A stretch of 61,142 nucleotides of DNA, counting the filler. It is 11 parts of 11 records of this genome, joined end to end, with 100 filler letters (N's around TTAATTAATTAA, not from the genome) between each part and the next. Parts side by side here need not be neighbours in the genome. Positions count along the whole stretch, not along the records: positions 1 to 11,134 come from SRR7504441_2817; positions 11,235 to 14,469 come from SRR7504441_2818; 9 more parts are not named here. One strand, 5' to 3'. This document shows, piece by piece, positions 1 to 11,510 of the stretch (position 1 is its first letter; each line of letters starts with the position of its first letter). The notes below the pieces were generated by a model. It had not been told where the DNA came from. It saw nothing but the letters and a program-made list of their open reading frames with translations, and ran no database searches. A program made the translations under genes and the position numbers.

Positions 1-203
1 AGCACTCATGGCCGTGGGCAGGCGGGGGAGCCCAGTGAGTCCGGAAGTGAAGCGGGCGATATTTTCATTTTTAGAGAGTGTCTGCTTGTGACCTGAGTAC
101 ATGATTGTACATAAAGTATGTATAATGGTACGCGTAGCCACGGGTACGGTCGTACGCGGCCGTCTGCATGCGCCGGACCCTACCAGTGCGTACGTTCCTA
201 GAT

Positions 204-1755
204 TCACATCAAATTTGTACTATCCCCATTGAAGGCCTGCTTCCTCTCCCCAGGCCGATCGTCATCCCGGAACTCGTCCATCTTGTGCACACGCCTACGC
301 ACCTCGCCCCCCGCAGTGCCGTTCCGGCTGGCGCCGCGGCCCTGGCACCAACCCATTCAGCACCAACCCAGCCCTCCGCGCACCGCTGTGCTGCTCGGCG
401 GTGGCCCAGCTGCCCCGCCTGTTCCTCCTCCCGCAAATAAGCTATACACAAAAGCCAGCGCCTTCTCGTGGCAGCTGCAGCCGTCTCAGGGGCCGCTCTC
501 ACGAGGCGCGCACCGGAGGGCTGGCCCGGCTGCGGCAGCAGTGTGGTGTGTCACCCTCACGACTTCGAGAAGCGCAGTCGGCGTCAGTTGGAGCTCGGCC
601 AAGCTCTGGGTCATCTGAGCTGGCCCCAGAGCCCGCCGAGGGTATGTGTTGACCAGCTGAATGGCCGAGCCCTCCACTCGCTCCTCGGCCACCGCCTGCC
701 CCGCCGCTTGCCCCAAGAGTTAGTGCGGGAGCCACTCGGGCGTCTGCGAGCGGGCTATGCGCGTCGAATGTGTGTCGGAAGCTGCTGCCATCTGGCAGCT
801 GGAACTTTATGGTCGCCTTGGCGCCCGGCTTGGCTGCAGCTGCAGGTCGCTGTGTGTTGCCCTCCGCCGCTGCGGCAGCCTCCGGCGACGCGGCATGCTG
901 GGCCTCTTCGCGAGCCTTCTTCCTCTCCTCTTTGTCAGCCTGTATTCGAGCCAGGACCTTCTTCTTTTGCTCGGCCGCGTCCTTCTTGGCCTGCTTCCGC
1001 TCCTCCGCCGCCCGCTTCACCGCAGCGGCCTCCCGGGCGTCCCTTTGCTGCTGTATTATCTGCCCATCTTGCCTCCGCTTCTTCTCTCCGCTCAGCTCAG
1101 CTGCCGCCTGCTCCTTCGCTTTGGCTGCTTGAATCTCCGCCGCCCGCCTCTGGAGCGCGGCCGCCTTCTCCTTCAGCTCACGCGTCCTGACGGCCGAGGC
1201 CTGCTCCGGGTCGGCCGTAGTTTCGTCCGCTGCTGCTGGGGTGGAACTGTTGGCGGGACCGGTCGCAGGAGGCTCGGCCGGCTCGGCAACAGGGGCTGCG
1301 GGCTCGCTGGCAGCGGCGGTTGCTTTGCTCAGCGCTGCCAGCAGGGCCTCGGGTGACAGCTCGCCGGTCTCGACTGCCAGAGGCCTCGGCGGAGCACTGC
1401 AAGCAGGGGTCAGCTGCGGTCAGGGCAAGCGGCACCTGTTGACGTCGATCAAGTAGGTGGTGGGAAAGACAAACACCGGGAAGATGGCCATGAACTGCAT
1501 GGCGGCCTCGGTGCCCTGGACCCCCGCCATGGGCCGAGCCCCCCCCCCGGTTGGTAGGGTTAAGGGTTACGGCACCGCCGAGAGGCATAGCGCCAGCACG
1601 TTCTGGCCGGTGACCGCCTCAGCCACGGCTGGATCGGACCAGGTGTCGCTCGGGGCAGCGCCCTCGTGCACGTGGACCAGCAACAGCCGGCCCTCTTGCT
1701 GACAGAGGGCCAGGGCTTCCGGCACCGACCCACCGAAGAACAGGGGTTCAGCCAT
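204..1755 (-). CDS. UBX domain protein (UBXN4/erasin-like), multi-exon
   Basis: N-terminal thioredoxin-like segment (FFGGSVPEALALCQQEGRLLLVHV), charged coiled coil (VLARIQADKEERK), UBX core (ATIKFQLPDGSSFRHTF) and C-terminal FNGDSTNLM resembling the UBXN4 tail; exons joined by short introns. Confidence 0.75.
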
Positions 1756-2277
1756 CTTCCTTCGGGTGCGGCTACGGTAGGCTACAAAGCTACGAGAAAG
1801 ACGCGGTCGACGCTGTAATCATGGCGGCCTCCTGACCAGGTCTGGTTGCGGCGGTAGCGGTCGGGCCGATCGGCTCCAGGGCAGGATCTGGGCACCGATC
1901 TTGGGGCAGGACAACTGTGCGTTGGGTGGTCGGCGGCCGTCCGTGAAGAACGCGCTCCCGACTGGATACAACTCATCAACTCGCAACAGTCAGAGCCCGT
2001 CAATCAGCTCGCGCTCGTAATGCTGCGGGTAAGGCCGCTCGCTGTACACGTCCCGCAGCGTGGAACCGTGGTGGCTGCGGGACAAGTCGGCCGCACGGAC
2101 CGCCAGCACTGCCAGCCACACCCCCAGGGCCCGCACCAGCCGCCGCATCCCTGGTGGCTCACTCAGGCCAGCGCCTCGGCGGCTCCCCTGCGATGAGACC
2201 GGATTGGGAAGTCCACAACATTCCCTCCGATTGTCGTTGTAGCCTTGCACCCCGGCGCACCTCCAGGCAGCAGCAGC

Positions 2278-3996
2278 ATGAGTAGCCCCGTCGGCGCGAT
2301 CCGCAATCTGTTTGAGCGGATCGACAGCAACGGGGATGGGGTGCTGGACCGCGCGGTGCGGCCTGGCCGCCTGGCCCAGCCGCCCACGCCGCCGGGCGCA
2401 GGAGCTCGACGCCGTGTTTGGCGGCAAGTCGGTGATCATGCTTCAGAAGCTGCTCAGGCGCCCCGCCGCGGCCCGCAGCCGCTCAGCCCGGGACCAGCAA
2501 CCCGGACATCGAGGGGGATCTGGTCAACCTGGCCCAGTGGACCGCCTTCATGCAAGGCGTGCAGGCTCGCGCCGGCCCCGGGGCGCGCCCGCGACCGGCC
2601 GGGGCAGGAGCAGCGGGGGGCGGTAGCGCTCGACACGTTCGTCAACTACCTCAACCGGAGCTGCGACACCCTGCTGCTGCACACCATGGCCCAGTCCAGC
2701 CCAGCTTCGCCCGCGCAGTCCGACGACACCGCCCCGCAGCCCTCCGGCGCCCACCCGCCCGCCGTCTCTCCGGAGTCGGACGGGCCGGCCGCCGGGCAAA
2801 TGGCCGCGATCGAGCCGCGGACCAGTCCGTCGGCCCCGGCTGTCGACCCGAGAGACCACCAGTTCTGGGGCGACTCGGCGGTGGGGAACACGTGAGAGGG
2901 CGGGCCCGTGGCTGCGGCTGACGGCTCACAGGCACGTGCCGCCGGACATTATGATTAAGATTGTGCGGCCCGACCTGTTCGACGAGGAGATCGACTACAA
3001 GCAGCTGTTCGAGGAGGAGCAGGTGCCTTGTGTGCCGGGGCTGGCTCACCGGCGGGCCAGAAAAAGGCGGCTCTGGAGGTACCACAGCGGGATTACACAG
3101 AGACCATCGTGCGGCCGATCTCGTCGGAATTCAGGCGGCAGAACGACCCGCGCTCGGTGATCATGTCCGGCTTTAACGGCGTGATGAACGCGGCCGAGTA
3201 CGGAGCATACGGTGCACCACACTCCCTCAGTGCAGGCGCTGACTGCTGTAGTGCAGAGTTTGAGGTACACCCTGCGAACGGGATCGAAATGATGGACAAC
3301 TTGCTGCACGTGGCCGCCCGGGCCTGCAACATCCCGGCGATCGAGCTGCTGATCAAGGACGGGTTCACACTCTCCCGACGCAACCAGAGCGACATGGTGA
3401 CCCCGGCCCACAAAGTATTGACCGCTGACACGCCCCCCCAGGTGGCATACCAGTGTATACCAGACAACCACCCGCGGGCGGCCGAGGCCCGGGCCTGCTT
3501 CCCACTGGAGTGGGTGGAGCGGTTCGGGCGGATGACTGCCGGTGCAGCCAACAAGGCGAACAACCCTTTGCTGATTGCCAAGAAGAAGAAGGCGGCGGCC
3601 GACAAGCTAGAAGAGCAGCGGCTGAAGCAGGAAGCGGTGATGGAGGCCGAGCGCCGGCGCAACCAGTACGGCAACAGGCTGGCCATGGACAGGCAAAGGC
3701 GGCAGGCTGAGCAGCAGCGATGGGATCAGCAGCTGATGCACGCCACAGTCGAAGCTCAGCTGCTCGAACTCGAAGCCGACCATCAGCAGAGGTCGCCCGC
3801 GCGCAGGGCCTCCCCGCGGATCGCGTCGCCGGGCAAGTCGCAGCTTGGTGCTTCCAAGAGCAGGAGCAGGAAGCCCGGACTGCCAGAGGCGGCGCGAGGC
3901 AAGCAGAGCATCAGCGCAGTAAGACAAGGAATATATGACAAACACAGGCCGAGCAGTGCGCGCAAAAAGCCTGGCAGGAGCACGGTGCTGTGCTAG
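2278..3996 (+). CDS. EF-hand plus ankyrin-repeat protein, multi-exon
   Basis: EF loop LFERIDSNGDGVLDRAEL after splicing 2356-2401; removing 2458-2497 and 2565-2607 (both GC-AG) restores frame; ankyrin-like NLLHVAARACNIPAIELLIKDG downstream. Linkage of the two halves is inferred. Confidence 0.6.
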
Positions 3997-4265
3997 GTAA
4001 AGCACAAGTGGGCTGCTGTACGGAACAGCAGGCCGGCACGAGTACGCAATACGATTAGGCGTAACAACGAGCTCTAAATAACTAAAGTATGTAATACGTG
4101 GGCGGATTGTTGGTTAGAACAATTTCTTCGTTTACCAGCCTTATTACGATCTATCGGGATCGCCGGGACCTAGTCTATCGCTAGTCTTACGCTACCTGGT
4201 CTATCGCCATGCTACAATCCATCATGCCCCTGAAGAGCTGCTCAGGCACCGCGCACCACAGCTGC

Positions 4266-4676
4266 TCAGCCCGGGGCCACAGGCTCGGGCGGCGGGCCAG
4301 CGCCTTGCCCGAACGCATTCGTTGGGACTCCCTGCGGCGGGGGCGCGGCGGGGCTGCCACTCGACGAGACCCGCTGCGGTGCCAGAGTCGGGTTCCACGC
4401 ATTCATTGGATGGGACTCCATCGGCTTGTCATACGACGTGCGCATCTCGAACGCATTCAGCGGCTTCGGGGTTGCCTTTGGTTTGGGCTCCGGCTTGGCT
4501 TTGGGTTTGTCCTCTGCGGCTGCGCCTGCATCCTTTGCGCCTGCAGGCTGCCCGTCGGCCAGTTTGTCTGATGACTTCTTCGGCCCATTAGCTCCGATTA
4601 TTTCGGCGTCCCGCTGGATCTTAAGACTCTTCCTCGCATCCTCGCCCTTGTCCCCGGTGCCGCAGCACCCTCCCAT
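4266..4676 (-). CDS. Small, probably acylated protein (MGGCC N-terminus); 3' end uncertain
   Basis: ATG-initiated ORF with a myristoylation/palmitoylation-type MGGCCG start and a Lys/Pro-rich body. Confidence 0.5.
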   Translation of the reverse strand: MGGCCGTGDKGEDARKSLKIQRDAEIIGANGPKKSSDKLADGQPAGAKDAGAAAEDKPKAKPEPKPKATPKPLNAFEMRTSYDKPMESHPMNAWNPTLAPQRVSSSGSPAAPPPQGVPTNAFGQGAGPPPEPVAPG

Positions 4677-4775
4677 GGCGGCCCCGCACCCCGCCTCTGG
4701 GCGGCGAGTCCGTGTCTGCAGCGAGGATGGATGAGGAAAAAAACAAATGAAATCGGGCGGTCAACCTCGTCAACA

Positions 4776-6340
4776 ATGCAGGTCGGCCTTCTCGTTCTCC
4801 TCCTCGGACTCACTGCCCGATCGCTGTCTGCCGATGTGCTGGTCGGCCACCCCGAGGCCGGATACTCCGGACTGCGCTCGGCGCTGGCGGCGCAGACAAG
4901 CTGCAACGACTTCCAGACCATCCAGAGCTGCGAGGCGGATCCTTCGTGCGCCTGGTCGCACTTTGGGTGCGTCAGCAAGCACCCGGCCTGCCTGGTGCAT
5001 TCGGGCCCGGGGCTCGAGCAACTGAATCCGGCCAACTGCTCCTCGCTCACGCTCCTCGGGGTGCTGCCGCCCCCTGGCCTGCTCGACTCCCTCCGGTGCC
5101 CTGCGCTGGCCCTCCTGGGCTCGATGGACGGCGTCACGCGTACCTCCCACTTGGCTGTGGCCCGCGAGCGGATCGGCGGCGAGCGCCTCCGGTTCGGCCT
5201 GATCGACGGCGCCACACACCACAGCTTTGCCGACCCGGGAGTCTCAATTGTGCCGGACGACCTCCGGCCAAGCTTGCCGCACAGCCAAGTGCACGAGCTC
5301 ACCGCGGCCGTCGTGGCCGGTTTCGGTCACGGTCGGGACCCAACGGCGCTCGAGCACGCCGAGCGCCGGGCCGCGATGGTGGCCGCGCCGCTGGTGCAAG
5401 CACTCAAGCTCGAAGGCAGCACGATGCTCGGACAGCCGGCCTGCAACTCGGACTTTCCGACAAACCCGACCTGCCAGTACCCCAAATGGCCGGACCACGC
5501 GCTGTTCCCGGGACCGGCCCCAGCCCCGTCCCCGCTCCCGCCGTCGGACTGCGTGTGCGGCTCGCCGTGGGTTGCTGAAACAGCCAACAGAATCATATCC
5601 GGCCTGTCAGAGTCCGCCAAGCCGAGCTTCACCCAGACCGCCAAGGACGCTTTCCACGACGTATCCGACACGCACCCGTTTCACCTGCCGCACATCTTCA
5701 ACTCATGTGACCAGGCGGCCAGCAGCTGCCAGCTCAACATGACCACGCTCACGATGCCCGTCCACCAAGACAGTCCGCTTTTCCCAAACAGCTCGTCGGG
5801 CCCTCTGAGTGTCTTCGAGCTGCGCTCAAAGATCAAGTCTCGTGAGGCGGTCTGGGAGGCGGCCGGGCTGGGGCCGCAGGATTCCAAGAAGACCGACCAG
5901 AACATGACGATGTGCAGGGCTGTCAACCAGGCAGCCTACGACTGGGCACTCGAGCACGCTGATCCGGCCGTCCGTGCGCAGTTCGAGAAGGACGGCGAGC
6001 CGTTGGTGATGGTTGACGACAAGCCGGCCACGATCGGGATCACGGGCCCCGAGTGGATCAAAGATGAGCTGGTGAGTGGCACTTAGCCTTGATGTTGTTG
6101 CTGGTAGATTCATTCGCACTTGTCCCATCCGCCCTCGGGAGGTGCTCAGGCGCTGGGCAGGTGTACACCCGGACTAGCTCGGCCGTGGAGGTGCAGTCGT
6201 GGCAATTTGTGGTTGGCAACACCAATCAAGGCAAGGTGCCCTGGTTCTTTCCAGTCGGGATGCACTACTGCAAGCTGCTCTCGCCCGCCCGCGCCATGGA
6301 GTGGATCTACACCGACGGGCTCCGTCGTGCACGCGGCTGA
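4776..6340 (+). CDS. Secreted Cys-rich protein of unknown function (possibly alpha/beta-hydrolase-like)
   Basis: Signal peptide MQVGLLVLLLGLTARSLS, long ORF; intron 6072-6160 (GTGAGT..CAG) joins KDEL|VYTRT to the C-terminal YCKLLSPARAMEWIYTDGL. Confidence 0.65.
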
Positions 6341-6963
6341 ACTCCGTCAGTGTGATGTTCGATTGAGCGCCCAAGGACTAACTTTCCTACATCCAATGCT
6401 CATGAATTGCGTACACACCATTAATTAAGCTCAAAGGAGTTGAAATCTTGAGTCAATGAAAATGAAAAGCTTGGCCAGAGATTCATACATGTAGTATCTA
6501 GTATCAAGGACGACTCTGCCGGTAGGCTTGTATTGATACAATACATGTGTACAATAAAACTCCTCGCGTGCGTCGCGTTACGTCGCGTGCCCTTACAACC
6601 CACCCGACTTGAGAGCTGCCACGACACACAGTCAGTGAGTACGAAAAGCTAGTCAGTATACTAGCGCTACATGTAGCTATAGACATTATAGGCATCCCTA
6701 GCCGGACTCTGGCACTCCGCGGCACTCAAGGACGCCCTTCTGACTCGTCTGACTGTTCCGATCGCGAGTGCCTCGATCGAGGAGCAGCGCGTTCCCAAAC
6801 AAAGCCTAGGCCTTATTAAGCTTGAAGAATCTCGAGGCGCAGCGGTTTCCCAAAGCGCGCCTGGCACCTGCCTGTGGGTGCCCCAGCAGCCCACGGGAGG
6901 CGCTACGACCCGCACTGCATCGGATGGCGCGTACCGGTCCGCTGCGCTTTCGGCCAGCCGGTC

Positions 6964-7776
6964 TTAGACCGACAGGCACAGAACTGAATTCAGAATGGTG
7001 TCAAAATTTGCCCTTTCCTCTCCGAACTTATTTTGGAACAGGTCATAACCAATAGTACCGTAGATTAGTACAAGCACCAGCATGATGGCCACCACTGCCA
7101 ATAGGGACGGGACGCTGTGCTTTAGTCCGTCCATAGTTGCATGCACAGTGTCAAAGTGCCTCAGTCCCTTTGTGGCCCGCAAAACTCGGAATACACGGAG
7201 CGCTCGGAACACAGCAAAGCCATCAGCAGCATCAAGAGAAAGGGCGAGGTCCAGAATCATGGACATACCAGCCAGAAGCGATACTACACAGTCGAACCTG
7301 TTCCAGGCATCTCTGAGATACCCTCTGAGACCAAAGGCAAATATTTTGAGGAACATCTCAATCAAAAACAGGGTAGAGAAGAAAATGTCACAACAATAAC
7401 CACACAAGACACGATTTTGAACCCAGGATGGTACAAGAACCGACCAAACGACGTCTCGATCTTCAACAGCCCCAGGTCCTTCGCCGCCCGTACCTCTGCC
7501 CATCTGGAACCCGACGCCTGGATTTTCAGGGTGAGCTGGCAGGGAACCCAGGCAGGCAAATGCCTTGGGGGCTGCAGCATCGTCTTCAGGCGGACCAGGA
7601 ACCGTCTGAACGTTCCCCGGCGGCAGTGGCGGCGGCGGCAGCGGCGGCGGCAGCAGTGCCGGTGGCGGGGGTGGCGCAGGCGGCTCCTCGTCCCTGCTGC
7701 ACCGCATCAGCGGCTCGGCTGCAGCCGCCTGTGACCGGTCAAGGGTCGGGGCGCCTGGGCACGCCGCCATCGCCAT
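6964..7776 (-). pseudogene. Truncated, frameshifted voltage-gated cation channel (Cav/Nav-like) repeat
   Basis: S2 (FLIEMFLKIFAFG), S3 (WNRFDCVV), S4 (FRALRVFRVLR), S5 and start of the pore helix (NFDTILNSVL) then a stop; the S1-like FLYHPGFKIVSCVVIVV lies in another frame. Confidence 0.6.
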
Positions 7777-8796
7777 TCAGCTCGGTCAGACGCTCGGCTG
7801 GCTAGAGCCTGACCCTTTGCTGCCGCCCGGTGACAGCGCCGAACAGGGCGATGAATCCCAAAAATAATTATACCGCATTTTCGGTTCAGATGCGTAGGTA
7901 CGGTACACAGAACGCATGCAAGTACGTAGGAGCCCTGAAACCAATTGGACATCTCGCACTTGAGACCGGACGTGCTGGCGGCCATGTGATGGAAGTTAAG
8001 AAGTCTACTATTTAGGTATTCATTGCCTTATACGCTTACGCATCTGGTGCGCGCCCGCATACATCGTTGGCGCTCATTTGCGCATCTAATAATTTTTGGT
8101 ACTTATAATACCTGCACGGCCAAACCGCCACTGCAGCAGACCAGCTCGCACCGCCGCCTCCCCTGAGATAACCACCTCGTCTACCAACAGATCAATGCCA
8201 GCCCATCGGTTCATGAAGAAACGCCGCGTCCGCGCCCCGATTGATCCACCGTCGCCGGCCCGGCCCCACGCCCGGCCCATCCCGCATCTCCTGCGCAAAC
8301 TGGCGTCCAGCGCTCCGCACTGCCCCGACGTCTCCTGAGCTTTGATAAAGCGCGGCCAGGCTGCCCCAGCCCTCAGTGCGCCGGCCCGCGTCTCGGGCGG
8401 CACCTGCTGGAGGCCCCCGCGAACCCACTCGACGGCGGGGGAGGTGGCTCCACGAGCCCCACCCCTGGGAGCGCTACCCCGTTCACAAGCTGCCCCGAGC
8501 GCGCCACCAGCGCTGGGCCTTCCGCCAGGCTCCTGCAGCGGTGAAGCAGGTCCGATGGCTGCGGCGGCGGACACTCCGGGGCGGCGCGACGGGGAGGGGG
8601 CGGCGCGACCTCCTCCTCCGACTCGGAAGAATCCCACTCGTACCGCCGCCGCAGCCCGTACTCCAGCCGGACGACGTCCCTATTGTCTGCGACCATGAGT
8701 GGGTAGAATGCGGTTTGGATTCGCACATTTTCTGGCCGCCCTGGTCTGTTGAGACTTGCCGAAGCGCGTTACAGCCAGGACCACTGATCGGTGTCC

Positions 8797-10998
8797 ATGC
8801 GCTGCCTCATCCTCGTGCTGGTGGGGCTGCTCGGTGCCCAGCCCTCGGCCGGCCGAGCGAGCCGGTGGGGGCTCAGGCTGCTACGTACCAGCGCTGTGTC
8901 AAGGATCCTTGGAATGGAGGGAGAATTACCTCTACAAGAACGTCCGCCTGAGACTGGCCTGGCCTGAGCGCCGGTGCAGGTGCTGCGCAACAGCTCTCTG
9001 TACGACAAAACCACCTACCCGATCGGGATGGACATCAACGTCACGTTCCAGGTATGGGCCACGTCGGCGGGGCCTGACGGGCGCAGGTCATGTCGATCAT
9101 GGAGGTCAACGCACGCTACGGGTTTCTATTCATCCAGGGCGCCCTGCGCTCGTGGTGGAGGTGTCCAGAGTCCCGCTGCCCGCGGCCCACATCGGGCGCA
9201 GCGACTCGCGGCTGACGTATAACAAGACCGAGCACGGCTCACCGTCGGGCTACTTGCTGGTCAAGGAGGAGGACATGTGGTGCGGTCACCCTGCCTGCCT
9301 CTCCCGGAGCGCGGCGCAGGTACCCGGACGACCTCGGGGTAGTCAACGCGTACTTCGCCGAGACGCACGATGCTGCTTCGGGTCAAATCGCAGTCAAGCC
9401 CGACGGCAGCTGCTACATGTCTGTGGTGGGTGTCGATTGAGCTGTCGACTGAATCTCGGGACAGGTGGCAACAATGAAATTCAACTGCGTGATGGAATTT
9501 CGCGACTTCCCCTTCGACAAGCAGGTGTGCCCGATCACCCTCGAGTCGTGGATGCACAACGACGCTTGGCTCAAGGCAACTAGCTGCGCCGCGCTGCGAG
9601 ATTGACGGAGGACAGATCGCGCATAAATCGGATGCGGTTAGCAAGTTTCTGTCAGGCGATGTTCTTACTGCTTCACACAACGAGTTCGACATCATTGACG
9701 GCGGGTTCGACAGCAAAACATCTAGTTATGACAGCGGCGATTATACTGTATTGTCATGGTATGTCAAGCTGGACCGACACACGTGAGATCCCTTGAGCCA
9801 GCGGAGCCTGATCTGCTTGGTCGCAGGTCCTTCTTCTTCGCCATGGTGTTTATCCCGTGTACTACGCTCAACTTCTTGGTCTGGTTCTCTACTTTCATTG
9901 TACCCTGCCAGGCACCTGCCCAGCTAATTGACCTTCTGCCCAGGATCCGAATGCCGCGCCCGCCCGAGTCGGCATCTGTATCACATCCGTCCTTACTATC
10001 ACCGCGCTCAGGATTCCTATTGCGAGTTATGTATCTGCACCCGAGCGGAGTTCGGTCTGAGGCGACGGGGATCTAGGTGCCTGTGGTTGACTATGACACG
10101 TGGATGAGCGACTAGTGAGTCCTGTTCATCGTGATGAAGAGCTCTTACCTGTGGTGTGCGACAGTTTGACCGGCTCGCTGTCGTTTACTGCGTGTTGTCT
10201 GCTTGAATACTGTCTCATCAATTACTGGCTCAAGAAGGGAGACAGAAAGGTTGGGTGGCTCTGCTGCTTGCCAGCCTGGTTCTACCATTACATCTGTTGT
10301 CTGGATTCTGACATGGTCAAAGAGCAGCTGGACCTCTACAGCGACCCCACCCGCGTTACACTGGCACTGCTTAGTAGGCCCCGGTACGATGAGAGGTCCC
10401 GGTCCAGCAATGGAAATGGGAAAGTGTCAAACCCTTCACCTGGGGTTGGGGTGGAAGTGCATCTGAATGCGCTCCAAGATCAATCAATCGATCTCGACAC
10501 GAAGATGGAGTCTGGAGAGCAGCACAAGGCCCACCCGAACCTGGCACCGGAGCAAATTGCTGCGTGCCGCAAGATGTTCGACAGCTTTGACACCAACAAC
10601 TCGGGCGACATTGACAGCAGTGAACTCACGGCAGCCACCCGCATGCAGCTGGGGCAGGGCTGATCGGCGGACAGGTGGCGATGAAGAAACTATCCCCGAG
10701 CATGAAGGAGGACGCGGTGTGGCCAGCGAGGGAGCGGGTCGAGCCAGGCCAGGTGGAGGAGCTGATCAGCCAGATGGACATGGATAATAATGGCACCATC
10801 GAGTTTGACGAGTTCCTGGAGATGCATGTTATGATGACCAAGAAGGAGGTTTTACACAAGGTCATGACCTACAAAGAGCTGTCGATCGTCGCAGAATTTT
10901 ATTTCAGAATTTTCTTTCTGGTTGGGCTGATTACCTACCTGTCAATCATGCTTTACTTCGGTATGTCTGGCTACTCGAAGCTGCGTGGTCAGTACTAA
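8797..10998 (+). CDS. Pentameric ligand-gated ion channel (Cys-loop, anion-type) with EF-hand pair in the M3-M4 loop; about 13 introns
   Basis: Spliced product: signal peptide MRCLILVLVGLL, WWSDSRL, MWYPDD, Cys-loop CVMEFRDFPFDKQVC (9486-9530), M1 FFFAMVFIPC..WFSTFI, DPNAAPARVGICITSVLT (M2), M3 ..LLEYCLINY, EF loops DTNNSGDIDSSE and DMDNNGTIEFDE, M4 YFRIFFLVGLITYLSIMLYF. Confidence 0.9.
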
Positions 10999-11134
10999 TT
11001 AGACTAATTACGCGTCATGATCCGTGTACATACAGATGCATAATTAAAGTATTCATTGTAATGATGGGTGCGTTTCACTCTCACACCTGGACTCTGGCTG
11101 GCCGCGCCGACCGAGACTTGGCAGTCAGACTGGG

Positions 11135-11234
11135 NNNNNNNNNNNNNNNNNNNNNNNNNNNNNNNNNNNNNNNNNNNNTTAATTAATTAANNNNNNNNNN
11201 NNNNNNNNNNNNNNNNNNNNNNNNNNNNNNNNNN
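11135..11234. other. Artificial contig linker (N-run/TTAATTAATTAA/N-run); also at 14470-14569, 17862-17961, 21427-21526, 26254-26353, 29382-29481, 32764-32863, 44409-44508, 48942-49041 and 56496-56595
   Basis: The same 100-nt cassette with six-frame stop codons occurs ten times. Confidence 0.99.
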
Positions 11235-11374
11235 CGGCACATCCGATGAGCCAGTGGTCTACAAATAGTCTAGAACCTGATGCAAGCCACGTGCGCGGAC
11301 CTCGGGTGCACGAAAGACGAGGGGTGCTTAAATGGGCATCAAGTACCATCGGAGTTCGGTGCCTAAGGCATCCA

Positions 11375-11470
11375 CTCTACAGAATTGTACTAGAATTGTA
11401 TGAGTGCCTTGTACAAAATGCTTACTACATGTACAGAATTGTTACAGAATCATTACAGAATTGTATCCGT
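11375..11470 (+). repeat. Degenerate tandem repeat of TACAGAATTG(TA)
   Basis: About five imperfect copies: ctacagaattgta, ctagaattgta, tacagaattgt, tacagaatcat, tacagaattgta. Confidence 0.6.
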
Positions 11471-11510
11471 GGTCTTGTAGTAATAACTCTTTAGATTGTC
11501 ATGGCCAAAC

